From an uncultured Clostridia bacterium (GTDB lineage: Bacteria > Bacillota > Clostridia > UMGS1883): a stretch of 64,000 bases of DNA. The stretch is taken from positions 35,278 through 99,277 of the forward strand of contig CAKSFM010000003.1 in assembly GCA_934454525.1 (NCBI GenBank). Direction: 5' to 3'. The translations under genes were made by a program, and so were the position numbers. Numbering within the stretch: the first letter of the stretch is position 1; each line of letters opens with the position of its first letter. The notes below the pieces were generated by a model that did no database searches, was not told the DNA's origin, and saw only the letters and a program-made list of their open reading frames with translations. Of the stretch, positions 49,922-59,479 are shown in pieces.

Positions 49922-49968
49922 AAAAGAAAACCACAGCATTCTGTGTTTTTTATCACAAAACGCTGTGG
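49922..49968 (-). terminator. Rho-independent terminator ending the glycan-utilisation/SLH cluster
   Basis: The minus strand reads CCACAGCGTTTTGTG-8 nt-CACAGAATGCTGTGG (15-bp stem with two G-U pairs), followed by TTTTCTTTT. Confidence 0.8.
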
Positions 49969-49995
49969 CTTTTCACTGCTTGCCAATAAAAATCA

Positions 49996-51600
49996 TTACA
50001 GCTGATTATTTTCGACTGTGGTTTCTATACAATTTTGCAAAGTCACCATCTCTTTAATTATCCCTTTGGGCGGAAATGTATTCGTTTTTTCTATCTTATT
50101 ATTTGTGAAAAATAAATTTTCCGCGCAATTTGCCCACAGCAGAGGAATATCGAAAGTTTTGAATTTATTCCCCTCCACGCGGATATTTCTATGCACCGGT
50201 CCGGCAGGTTTCAAAACCTGGGGCGCAATATCAATCACTGAATTTCCCCATCTTGCGTTGGCATTGCAGTCAATAAATGTATTGTTTTTAACGGTCACAT
50301 CTTTTACGCAGCCTGATTCATACCAGAAATTTGCATCCCCCGATATGCGTATCGCCGCACCTGTTTTTTCAAAAACATTATTCTCTGCTATCACCTTTCC
50401 GCGTGTAGTAATGAGAAGTCCGCGCGCACGGTTTTTCCCAAAATAAGAGTTTTTCACCGTTAAATTCGGAGTATGTGATATGTTCTCGATGTAATGCCCG
50501 TTTATTGCTTCAATATTATTTTCAAACTCAATCTCAATTATTTCATTCGACTTCATAGAAGCTGACTTCACAGTATTGCTTCCGTAAGATAACAAATTTT
50601 CAGGATTGATATATTCAACCCTATCCCCGGCTGAAAATATGTTTATGCCTAATGCCTGACGATGTTTCAGCCTTAATTGCGCCCTGTTTTTATCCGCTTT
50701 TTCAATTTGGGCATATATTCCATGGCAATTGAGCGCATCATCCATTTGCTTCTCAAAACAGCATTGGTTAATTGTTATGCTGCCCATACACTCCACAAAA
50801 TGGGCGGCGTCGGCAAAAGTGCTTACAAAACGACCGCTGCTCGGCGAAACCGTCATTCTGCTGATTTGTATATTCTTTGAAAGCTGTGCCAGGAGGCCCA
50901 TTCCCAAAGCATGATGCACAGTTACATTTTCTATTTTCACACCGTCACAGAAATTTATAAAAATTGCAGGGGCAAACCTTTTTCCAACCGAAAAAAACAT
51001 ATAGTTTCCTTTTTTGGGAATCACATTAAATTTCTGTCTGATTTTCAGAATTCCTTTTTCTATCTCTTCCGCCTTACTTTCTTTGAAGTAATCGCGGTCG
51101 TTTGTACCATATTCCACACACTCCAATTCAGGATTGAATTCCATGGCATGTCCGTATTCGAATTCATACCCTCCGTCTATTAAAAAAAGCGGTGTATCCC
51201 CGTTCATTCTGTACGGCGTATTATCCCAAAGCTTAACCGTGCAGGAATTTTCATCCGCGTCCAGAATGGTAGAATGAATATATGTGCTTATCGGAAAATC
51301 TATTGAAAAATTGCATAATGAAATATCTCTGCACCGCTCGATTCCGAAAGGCAGCATAATGCCGTGGAACACAAACCTGGAACCGCCGCCGTTTATCATA
51401 ACGCAACTTTTATTCTCAATTTGAACGCCGACTTTTTTGCAGCCGTCATTGTCATGGTTCGATATATAGCTTTCCCGCTCCGGCGCTTTTTCCGGATAGA
51501 AATGGTACTCGCCTTTCTCAAATTCGATATTCGTTTCCCCCGATAAAAGAGCCTTATTTACTTTTTCAGTAACATCAACACAGTTACTACGAATTATCAC
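49996..51600 (-). CDS. Right-handed parallel beta-helix repeat protein (putative glycoside hydrolase or polysaccharide lyase)
   Basis: Repetitive beta-helix-type segments (NRARGLLITTRGKVIAENNVFEKTGAAIRISGD...VTVKNNTFIDC). No signal peptide. GTG start after GGAGGA. Confidence 0.6.
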   Translation of the reverse strand: MIIRSNCVDVTEKVNKALLSGETNIEFEKGEYHFYPEKAPERESYISNHDNDGCKKVGVQIENKSCVMINGGGSRFVFHGIMLPFGIERCRDISLCNFSIDFPISTYIHSTILDADENSCTVKLWDNTPYRMNGDTPLFLIDGGYEFEYGHAMEFNPELECVEYGTNDRDYFKESKAEEIEKGILKIRQKFNVIPKKGNYMFFSVGKRFAPAIFINFCDGVKIENVTVHHALGMGLLAQLSKNIQISRMTVSPSSGRFVSTFADAAHFVECMGSITINQCCFEKQMDDALNCHGIYAQIEKADKNRAQLRLKHRQALGINIFSAGDRVEYINPENLLSYGSNTVKSASMKSNEIIEIEFENNIEAINGHYIENISHTPNLTVKNSYFGKNRARGLLITTRGKVIAENNVFEKTGAAIRISGDANFWYESGCVKDVTVKNNTFIDCNANARWGNSVIDIAPQVLKPAGPVHRNIRVEGNKFKTFDIPLLWANCAENLFFTNNKIEKTNTFPPKGIIKEMVTLQNCIETTVENNQL

Positions 51601-51697
51601 ATGTAATCCTCCTAAACATTACATCAGAACAGAGCTATAAAGCAACCGGAGTTTTTAAGATATTTACCGGCTGCTTTTATAGCTCCGTAATTAAACA

Positions 51698-52312
51698 TTA
51701 TTCCATGCTCATTACCGCGCCGGCTATAAATGCTGCCTGTAACCTGCGCATATAAAAATTAAAGTGAGCATAATCTATATAAATTTCGCCTGTATTTGAG
51801 CTTACGAACTTGTGTAAGTCTATGACAGCCGCATTATGTAAATGCGCAACCTTCACCGCAACCTCATTATACGCTGCCACATCTTTGTTATATCTCTTTA
51901 TTCCTGCCGGGATTAATGTATTGTGCATTTCCTCTAAAACGGGAGTGGTCGTCATAAATATGCATTTCACATTATTTTCGTTCATAATTTTATAAATTTC
52001 ATTTAAATTGCTTTCATAATCCTCAATACCGACCTGAAGCCTTTCCTCCGGTACCTTGCGCTTTATATCATGCAGTCCGCAATTAAATAAAAAAACATCA
52101 AAATTAAGTCCCGTGTCCTTTTGTCTTTCCTTTATATGCTTGAGAACCATTGAACTGTCTCCGCCGTTTCCTCCCACCGCACTGTCAATTTTTTTTAATG
52201 CTTCCTCTCTTCCGGGTTTAGAATAAATTTCATATTCCCAGCTTAAATATTCATTAAGATACGATGCATAATGCAAGTTTATGCTGTCTCCCAGCATTAA
52301 CATTTTTTTCAT
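51698..52312 (-). CDS. SGNH/GDSL hydrolase family esterase
   Basis: Block I MLGDSI near the N-terminus, GLHD, and the C-terminal DYAHF (DxxH) catalytic block. Confidence 0.75.
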   Translation of the reverse strand: MKKMLMLGDSINLHYASYLNEYLSWEYEIYSKPGREEALKKIDSAVGGNGGDSSMVLKHIKERQKDTGLNFDVFLFNCGLHDIKRKVPEERLQVGIEDYESNLNEIYKIMNENNVKCIFMTTTPVLEEMHNTLIPAGIKRYNKDVAAYNEVAVKVAHLHNAAVIDLHKFVSSNTGEIYIDYAHFNFYMRRLQAAFIAGAVMSME

Positions 52313-52332
52313 ATGTAATCCCCTTTCTCATT

Positions 52333-53778
52333 TTACTGACCGCTGATTTCCATACTGTTATTTTCATATAAAATTGTGTATTTTCTGCCGTTAATATGCA
52401 AATTTTCCACTTTGAAATAATTCCAGTTATCGGGAATAATCGGATTAACCGTAACTCTTCCGTTTTGTATCTTTATACCTAAAAGGTCATTTAACACAAT
52501 GTCACAAAACGTTGAATGATTATAGTCCTTTCCTCTTTCGTAGCCGCCTTTAATCCAGCCTCTCTCTTTAAGATAGTTTCTGCTGTACCACTGACCGCTG
52601 CGCGGATCTATAACCTCGTCAATCCACGGTTTTGTATTCCCTTTCTCGTCCTTAATATGCTGCGAAATTGCATATTGACGAAGAACGGCATAAAAATCCT
52701 CTTTGGTGATAACCTGCTGATTATAATTATGAAGCAAATTCCCCATGGCTCTCAAAGTTTGAGCAGTAGCAAAAGGCCAAATATAGCCATTCCAAAGGCA
52801 TTCATGGTCAACCTCATATAAAAACCGCTGATGGTTTTGCTCCGCAGTTGTTATTCCGTAGGGATTCATAAAGCCTTCACTTGTTTTAAGATATGAAAAG
52901 GCATTTTCCATCCCCTCCTCCGGAAGATTAAAATACCAGGGTATGTACCCCACAAGCTCACGGGCATCTCTGTTCTCCGGCATTTTGCCAAAGGACAGAT
53001 TTCCGTTTTTATCCGTTTTATAGTATGATTTAAAAAAATCGCCATCCCACAGTTTTTCCGTGATAAGCTTACGGATATGCTCTCCTTTTTCGGCATATTG
53101 CGCAGCAAGCTCTTTTTTTCCTGCAATTTCGGCAAATTCAGCAATGGCAAACGCATCAGCCGCCATATACGAATTAAGCGTCGGGCGAAAACCTCTTTCG
53201 CCCTTTAACCTTTCGGAGGTTCCGCTTATTGTATATTCCATTGCATCATAATTATCAACCGACCAGAACAAGCCGCACGGCTCCGAATGCTCTCTTTCCC
53301 AATAGGAATAGTACCGGCACAGTTCATCAAGATTATCCGTACCGATGCTGTAATCTCCGTTTAACTCACAATACTCCAGCATTGCTGAAACCAGCCACAT
53401 ACTGTAAACATATCCCTCATCGCTTCTGTTAAGCCAAAAACGGATATAATCCTCAAGGCAGCTTTTAGAGTTTTTCAGCCATCTGCCCTCAGCCAAATGG
53501 TGACCTGCCGCCGCGTTAATGCTGTTGTACTCTTTTGCCCACGGAACATCAGGCATAAACTCTGTAATTATATACCCCTCAGGGGTGGATTTAATGTGTT
53601 TGCGGTAAACCCACCACCTGAAATAATATATTTCTTCCAAGAGCTTATCCGGGCAGTCAAGCAAAGGAATGTTTTCTTTCATCCAAATGTATGCGTTGTC
53701 GTTTGTTATATCGCCCGAATAACATTCTTCATCAGAACAATTGAATTTGCCTACGTATTCCCGTAATTTCTCAGTCAT
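52333..53778 (-). CDS. Six-hairpin (alpha/alpha)6 glycoside hydrolase, MGH1/GH63-like
   Basis: GFRPTLNSYM and NGYIWPFATAQTL blocks resemble trehalase/GH63-like barrels. Cytoplasmic (no signal peptide). Confidence 0.6.
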   Translation of the reverse strand: MTEKLREYVGKFNCSDEECYSGDITNDNAYIWMKENIPLLDCPDKLLEEIYYFRWWVYRKHIKSTPEGYIITEFMPDVPWAKEYNSINAAAGHHLAEGRWLKNSKSCLEDYIRFWLNRSDEGYVYSMWLVSAMLEYCELNGDYSIGTDNLDELCRYYSYWEREHSEPCGLFWSVDNYDAMEYTISGTSERLKGERGFRPTLNSYMAADAFAIAEFAEIAGKKELAAQYAEKGEHIRKLITEKLWDGDFFKSYYKTDKNGNLSFGKMPENRDARELVGYIPWYFNLPEEGMENAFSYLKTSEGFMNPYGITTAEQNHQRFLYEVDHECLWNGYIWPFATAQTLRAMGNLLHNYNQQVITKEDFYAVLRQYAISQHIKDEKGNTKPWIDEVIDPRSGQWYSRNYLKERGWIKGGYERGKDYNHSTFCDIVLNDLLGIKIQNGRVTVNPIIPDNWNYFKVENLHINGRKYTILYENNSMEISGQ

Positions 53779-53790
53779 TTTACTCAGTCC

Positions 53791-55071
53791 TTATTGTTCC
53801 AATACTTTGGTTACAGTCTTATGCAGTTCATTAATTCCCTTATCAAAATCAACTAATCCGTTAAGCATTTTAAGAATGATCTCATCAGCTTTCGGCCTCC
53901 ATTCCTCAAAAGTTCCGTTCTCAAACATTGTGCTTCCGAATTCATCAAGTCCTTTATAAAATGCGCCCATATTTGCGGGAGAAGTTTCTTTCGAAGCAAG
54001 ATACTCCAGAGCGGAATTTTTAACAGGTATACCGTCCAGAAGAGTGTCTGCCAAAATTTTCTGAGACTCATCATTCAAATAATATTTTATGAAAGTCCAG
54101 GCTGCCTCCTGCTCTGCCTTTGAAGACTGTGCATTTATGACCCAGAGATTAGGCACATAAACGCAGGGACGTCTGCCGCATTCTCCGTACGGCATAATCT
54201 GCGCATCGTATTCAAATCCATCGGATTTATTGGTTTCTATAACGGTGGCGGTAGATTGAAGCGCAATATACATTCCTATTTTCCCCATATAAAATGCCGC
54301 TGTGCCGCCGTTTGCGGCAGCCCATTCCGCATCACATGTAATTCCCTCGGTACGGGGTTCTATAAACTTTTTAAGTCCTGCTATTGTTTTTTTGTCATTA
54401 AACATTGACTTTGTCCTTGTTTCATCAAGCGGCGCTCCGCCCTCGGCAAGAACAAACGGCAGCCAGCCGGAAGAAATGTTAGTACCGTACATTATACCGT
54501 ACTGATCAATTTTGCCGTCACCGTCCACATCCCTGGTAAGCTTTTTTGCCATCTCCATCATATCATCAAATGTCCAGTCCTCACCGGGATATTCAAGACC
54601 TGCTTCATCAAAGAGCGTCTTGTTGTAAAAAACCGCCAAAGAGTTTATACCGTGAGGTATGCCCCAAATCTTTCCGTCCGCATCCTGTCCGGAAAACAAG
54701 GTTTTTGAATACTCGGAGACATCTATATCCGACTTGACTTTTTCGCTGAGGTCAAGAGCATTCCCCATTGCCCCCATTGTTGCTATATGTCCCGAATCAC
54801 TTATAAAAAGTGCGGGGGCATTGCCCGATGATGTCTGAAGCTTGACTTTCTTCTTAAATTCCACCCACGGCGTTTCATCAACATCAAGCTTAATTTCAGG
54901 ATGTTCTTTCTCAAAATTCTCAACTATTTCCCATGCCGTAATATCGCCTCCGTTCGGCATTCCGACCCTGATAGTTATTGTGCCGTCGCTGCTTGTTTCC
55001 TTTTTTCCGCAGCCTGCCAGCGCCGAAACACTTATAATAACCACTAAGCAAATAACAAATATTTTTTTCAT
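53791..55071 (-). CDS. Sugar ABC transporter substrate-binding lipoprotein
   Basis: Lipobox SALAGCG after MKKIFVICLVVIISV, RBS AAGGAGGA, and family-1 solute-binding protein length and composition. Confidence 0.88.
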   Translation of the reverse strand: MKKIFVICLVVIISVSALAGCGKKETSSDGTITIRVGMPNGGDITAWEIVENFEKEHPEIKLDVDETPWVEFKKKVKLQTSSGNAPALFISDSGHIATMGAMGNALDLSEKVKSDIDVSEYSKTLFSGQDADGKIWGIPHGINSLAVFYNKTLFDEAGLEYPGEDWTFDDMMEMAKKLTRDVDGDGKIDQYGIMYGTNISSGWLPFVLAEGGAPLDETRTKSMFNDKKTIAGLKKFIEPRTEGITCDAEWAAANGGTAAFYMGKIGMYIALQSTATVIETNKSDGFEYDAQIMPYGECGRRPCVYVPNLWVINAQSSKAEQEAAWTFIKYYLNDESQKILADTLLDGIPVKNSALEYLASKETSPANMGAFYKGLDEFGSTMFENGTFEEWRPKADEIILKMLNGLVDFDKGINELHKTVTKVLEQ

Positions 55072-55084
55072 TACAAATTCCTCC

Positions 55085-55930
55085 TTAACCTTTAACGCTC
55101 CCCGAAACGAGTCCGGCGACAAATTGCTTTTGTGCAAAGAAATAAATTATCAGCGTCGGCAGCATTGCCAGCACCGAAGCTGCCAGCAAAATTTCCAGAT
55201 TGTTATCCTCAAAGGTTCCTTTCAAATAAAGAAGCCCTATGGAAATCGTATATTTTTCTTTTGACGTTAAATATACAAGAGGCTGAAACATATTATTCCA
55301 ATGCGTAATAAAGCTTTGTACTACAACCGTTGCAATAACTGTCTTTGCAAGCGGAAGATAAATTCCGAAAAATATTTTCGGCGGTGCAGCTCCGTCAACC
55401 AATGCCGCTTCATACAATTCATTCGGAATACTTAAAAAATTCTGTCTGAACAAAAATGTTATCATTGCCGACCCGAAAAATGCCGGCAAAATAAGCGGTA
55501 CATATGTATCTAATGCCCCGAGCATTTGCCACATAATATAGTGAACTATGATTGTTATATTTCCCGGAAGCATCATGGTGCACAGCACCGTAAAGAAAAG
55601 AAAGTCCGAGCCTTTAAACTTGTATTTTGCGAATCCAAAACCAATAAATGCATTTGAAAAAACCGTACCGACAACTGCTAATACCGTAACAAAAAGAGTG
55701 TTTGCCGCATATTTAAGCATATTTGCCTCGTTAAGCGCTCTCAGATAATTATCAAACCGGAACGGGGGTTTGAAAAACAGAGGCGGCGTCCGATAGGCAA
55801 GTCCCGGCCCCTGCAATGATACCGAAAGAGCCCACAGAAACGGAAATATCATAACAACAGCTCCAAGCGCAAGGCATGTTACAAGCATTGCGGTTTTGAA
55901 CTTTCCGTTCGATTTAAGCATAATATACAT
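55085..55930 (-). CDS. Carbohydrate ABC transporter permease (MalG-like)
   Basis: Six TM segments and the EAA-like loop ELYEAALVDGAAPPKIFFGIYLP. Confidence 0.9.
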   Translation of the reverse strand: MYIMLKSNGKFKTAMLVTCLALGAVVMIFPFLWALSVSLQGPGLAYRTPPLFFKPPFRFDNYLRALNEANMLKYAANTLFVTVLAVVGTVFSNAFIGFGFAKYKFKGSDFLFFTVLCTMMLPGNITIIVHYIMWQMLGALDTYVPLILPAFFGSAMITFLFRQNFLSIPNELYEAALVDGAAPPKIFFGIYLPLAKTVIATVVVQSFITHWNNMFQPLVYLTSKEKYTISIGLLYLKGTFEDNNLEILLAASVLAMLPTLIIYFFAQKQFVAGLVSGSVKG

Positions 55931-56792
55931 ACCTCTTTTCTATAAGCTTTTGCAGCCATGTCAGAACAGCCATAACCGCAAATGCAATCCATGAAATTGC
56001 CGAAGCCAAACCAAGCTTGTTGTAAACAAATGCATTGTTGTATATAAGCGAACCGATAACTTTAACATCTGCTCCCGTATTGGCATTTGAAGCCATTATA
56101 TAGAAGGGGTCAAATATCTGCATGGCATTTATAACGCCTATAACAAGCAAAAAGTAAAGCGTTGGCGTGAGCAGCGGCACGGTAATGGAAAAGAACTTGC
56201 GAACCGAACCGGCGCCGTCAATATCGGCGGCCTCCATAACGTCCTCGCTTATATTCTGAAGTCCGCCGAGCAGATAAAGCGATGTATAACCTAATCCTTT
56301 CCAGACATTCATGAGTGAAACGCCCACAACAAATTCAAACCAATTGCTTGAAAATGTATAATTGAACGGACCTAAGCCTATAAAGGACAACAGATAGTTA
56401 ATAACGCCGTATGACGGGTTATACATATATGACCACACGAAGCTGACCGCAACCATCGGCGTCAGAACAGGGAGAAAGTACATTGTTCTGAAAACGCCTA
56501 TGCCCTTGCATTTTTGATTTAACGCAACTGCAATTATACATCCCAAAAAAAGCTGAAGAAATTCTGTTATAATGCCATACACAAACACATTTCTGAATGA
56601 TGTCCAAACCTCCGGATCAGTAACGGCGTTAATATAATTTTTCATCCCGACCCATTTCGGGGGATTAAAAATATTGTAATCGGTAAAGGACAGATATCCC
56701 GAAAAAACAACTGCCGATAATGTAAAAATACTAAAACCGATAAGATACGGCGCAATAAAAAACCAACCCCACCGCATATGTTTTTTTGTCAT
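55914..56792 (-). CDS. Sugar ABC transporter permease (MalF-like)
   Basis: Six TM segments and the EAA loop VMEAADIDGAGSVRKFFSITVP. Confidence 0.9.
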   Translation of the reverse strand: MTKKHMRWGWFFIAPYLIGFSIFTLSAVVFSGYLSFTDYNIFNPPKWVGMKNYINAVTDPEVWTSFRNVFVYGIITEFLQLFLGCIIAVALNQKCKGIGVFRTMYFLPVLTPMVAVSFVWSYMYNPSYGVINYLLSFIGLGPFNYTFSSNWFEFVVGVSLMNVWKGLGYTSLYLLGGLQNISEDVMEAADIDGAGSVRKFFSITVPLLTPTLYFLLVIGVINAMQIFDPFYIMASNANTGADVKVIGSLIYNNAFVYNKLGLASAISWIAFAVMAVLTWLQKLIEKRYVYYA

Positions 56793-56794
56793 TT

Positions 56795-59479
56795 TTACTC
56801 GCCCCCTTCATAAACGACAACCAATTTAACATTTGTTGATTGGCTGTAGATAAACACCTTATCGCCTGCCTGCAGGCGGTAAGCGGAGTATTCCTCAATA
56901 TTTTTTGCAGATGCGTCAAATTTAAAAAACGCTGTGTTTTTAATGAACGGGAAAACTCTTTCGTAGACCTCGCTTCCGTCCGGTGACGGAACATTTATTC
57001 TTACCGCATTGTCCATCACCTTGGAAATTTCAGCATATGTATAATACTTAATTGCATATACATTATTTTTTGAAGGCGCGCCTGTGCTCATTATTTCATT
57101 CGGCATATCTGTTCCTGTCCTATATACCAAAAGAAGAGCCGAAACCTTACCTGCCGGAGTATTGATATACTGAACAACATCGCCTTTCTTCAGTTTCTCC
57201 GGAGAGGTATAGTTAATACCGTTTTTGCGATACTTTACAAAATCGCTTGCTTCACCGGTATAATCAATAATAGCGGAGCTTGGAATACACACCTCAAGAT
57301 CCTCCGGAACAGTAAGCGTTACCGGGGTTAATCCGGAATTGACAGTAAGCTTAACGGCGTCGTCACCCGAATTGTCATATCCGAACGCACATTTGGAAAT
57401 AACGCCGACCGTCGGCGATGCGCTTTCAAAAAACGAATCCGTAAAACCCATAACAACTGCCGAAGCACGGCTGTTTAAATCGACGTCATAAATTTTAACC
57501 TTTTCATAGCTCCTGTCTCCATAGAGATTATTTCTTTTTATAATATGGAATTTTTCTTCGTCATCCATGTCATCCGGAACAACAAAAATCATGGTGTTAT
57601 CGGTAATAATATACCTCGAAGCAAACATATTCATATTTCCTGCACGATACTGCACTGAAGAAAGATTGTCGCTTAAAGTAAAATTAATTTCTCTCAGTTC
57701 TTCACTGAATTCCGATGCATTTTTCGCGCTGTTGATTTTTGTTATTTGATTCTCGGAATTTTTCTCATATGTTATTAACTGCGTTTCGGCAGCTCCCGCA
57801 CTGTAAAAACTAAAATCGTTATATATTGCCCTGTCACTCATTTTATTTCCGTTTATTGTTAATTTTTCGGAGAGCTTATAACTGCGGAACGCTCCGTCCT
57901 TGTCAAAAACCTTTATATAAACACTGTCTTTTAAACTGTCTTTGTCATCACGGATTTCCATAAGGTAGGCGTAATTTCTAAAAAGTGAGGTATCATATTC
58001 CGCTGCTGCTATTTCTCCGCAATAATTAAGATAAAACAAACCTTTTTTCCCAAGTTCAACGCTTCCGTATTTGGAATTTTTATCAATGCACGGATCTGTT
58101 TTATAATCAATTCCGTCTATGGTAATATCCTCATTGTTTTTTGCCGAGCAAGTTCCCTCAACCTTGTTTTTCGACAGCTTCATGTTATAAACCTTACCGT
58201 CTGTGCTTTTTGAAACAGAAAGTATGTCCATTGCTTCAAGCTCATCTGCGCTTACAATATTCCCATCGGCATCCGTAAGGCTAAAGCGTACCTTTTCCTT
58301 TTCCGAAAGAGCAATTTTCTCATATTCTTCCGGAGCGTACTTAAAATAAATAACCTCGTCCTCGGAAACATATCTGTCCACAATAAGGTTTACATAATGA
58401 TTCACAAACATTACGTCATATTTACCGTCACCATCGGAATCAAGCATTCTGATTTCCCCGTTATTCAAGGGAACATCCTCATAGCTCCACGACACCTTCG
58501 CGCTGCCGTTATAAATAAAATCCGCATTATCATACAAGCTTATATGTTTATATTTTCCGTCATCATCTTTATATTTAATCTCATCCGATGATATATCTGC
58601 TATATCTCTTGAATAGAAAACAATCTCTTCGTTTTTATTCGACGGCTCATAAAATGTTACTATTGTATCATTTTTATCGACATAACACACAAGCAGCTTG
58701 CCCAGATACGAATGTATGTCTGCTGAATTTACGCGGTACACCTCTCCTCCAAGCTTTACCCGGTTTTCATCAAGCCCGCTTGTTCCGGTAAGCTCCGTAA
58801 GATTATTCGCTGTAAGCTGCCCTTTAACGACCTTCAAATCAAAATTTTTCGAAAGAAGCAGCTCACCGTCCGACACTTTATAACTGATGTTTTCGCCGTT
58901 TATACCTGTTTCTTCCATAACTCCCGTTTCCAGAGTATTTAAAATCATTTTGCAAAGGCTTCCGAAACGGACTGCTGAATTTCCTTTCGCTGCTGTTCCC
59001 GAAAGAATACCGATTTCCTTTGCCACACTTATATATCCGTAAGGATATCCGCCTTTTCTTTCGGCATACCGGCTGTAACCGGCAAGCGAAACCAGAACTT
59101 TTACTGCCTCGTTATATGTAACTGCTTCAAACGGCTGAAAACTTCCGTCAAAATATCCGTTAAATATTCCCATGTCATAAGCAGCCTGAATATAACCTGA
59201 TTTCACCTCGTCTTTGGCAACATCCTTAAAAACAGTGTCCGCTGCCTTTATATTGTTTGCCGCATTGTTGATTTTTACCGCAATTTCCGCAAGGTCACGC
59301 CGCTGTATTATACCGTCTGCCGTGGTATCATCAAGGGTAACGAGCTTTAAATCCAAAACAACCTTTATAGCTTCGCTGTAGGAATTTTCATCTGTTTCGG
59401 CATATACGTCTGTATCAAAGGAAGAAATGCAGCAAAACATAGAAAATATTAACAACAAAGATATTATCTTTAATTTCAT
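56795..59479 (-). CDS. Large secreted surface protein (894 aa) with N-terminal SLH repeats
   Basis: Signal peptide, then SLH-like repeats (FKDVAKDEVKSGYIQAAYDMGIFNGYFDGSFQPFEAVTYNEAVKVLV), followed by about 700 aa of beta-rich sequence of unknown function. Confidence 0.8.
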   Translation of the reverse strand: MKLKIISLLLIFSMFCCISSFDTDVYAETDENSYSEAIKVVLDLKLVTLDDTTADGIIQRRDLAEIAVKINNAANNIKAADTVFKDVAKDEVKSGYIQAAYDMGIFNGYFDGSFQPFEAVTYNEAVKVLVSLAGYSRYAERKGGYPYGYISVAKEIGILSGTAAKGNSAVRFGSLCKMILNTLETGVMEETGINGENISYKVSDGELLLSKNFDLKVVKGQLTANNLTELTGTSGLDENRVKLGGEVYRVNSADIHSYLGKLLVCYVDKNDTIVTFYEPSNKNEEIVFYSRDIADISSDEIKYKDDDGKYKHISLYDNADFIYNGSAKVSWSYEDVPLNNGEIRMLDSDGDGKYDVMFVNHYVNLIVDRYVSEDEVIYFKYAPEEYEKIALSEKEKVRFSLTDADGNIVSADELEAMDILSVSKSTDGKVYNMKLSKNKVEGTCSAKNNEDITIDGIDYKTDPCIDKNSKYGSVELGKKGLFYLNYCGEIAAAEYDTSLFRNYAYLMEIRDDKDSLKDSVYIKVFDKDGAFRSYKLSEKLTINGNKMSDRAIYNDFSFYSAGAAETQLITYEKNSENQITKINSAKNASEFSEELREINFTLSDNLSSVQYRAGNMNMFASRYIITDNTMIFVVPDDMDDEEKFHIIKRNNLYGDRSYEKVKIYDVDLNSRASAVVMGFTDSFFESASPTVGVISKCAFGYDNSGDDAVKLTVNSGLTPVTLTVPEDLEVCIPSSAIIDYTGEASDFVKYRKNGINYTSPEKLKKGDVVQYINTPAGKVSALLLVYRTGTDMPNEIMSTGAPSKNNVYAIKYYTYAEISKVMDNAVRINVPSPDGSEVYERVFPFIKNTAFFKFDASAKNIEEYSAYRLQAGDKVFIYSQSTNVKLVVVYEGGE

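Larger units (their letters stand above)
48035..49995. mobile_element. Recombinase-proximal end of an integrated element (extent to the right unknown)
   Basis: An intact large serine recombinase and a small upstream ORF directly abut the truncation point of the catalase gene. The region is more AT-rich than the adjacent core genes, judged by eye. Confidence 0.5.
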
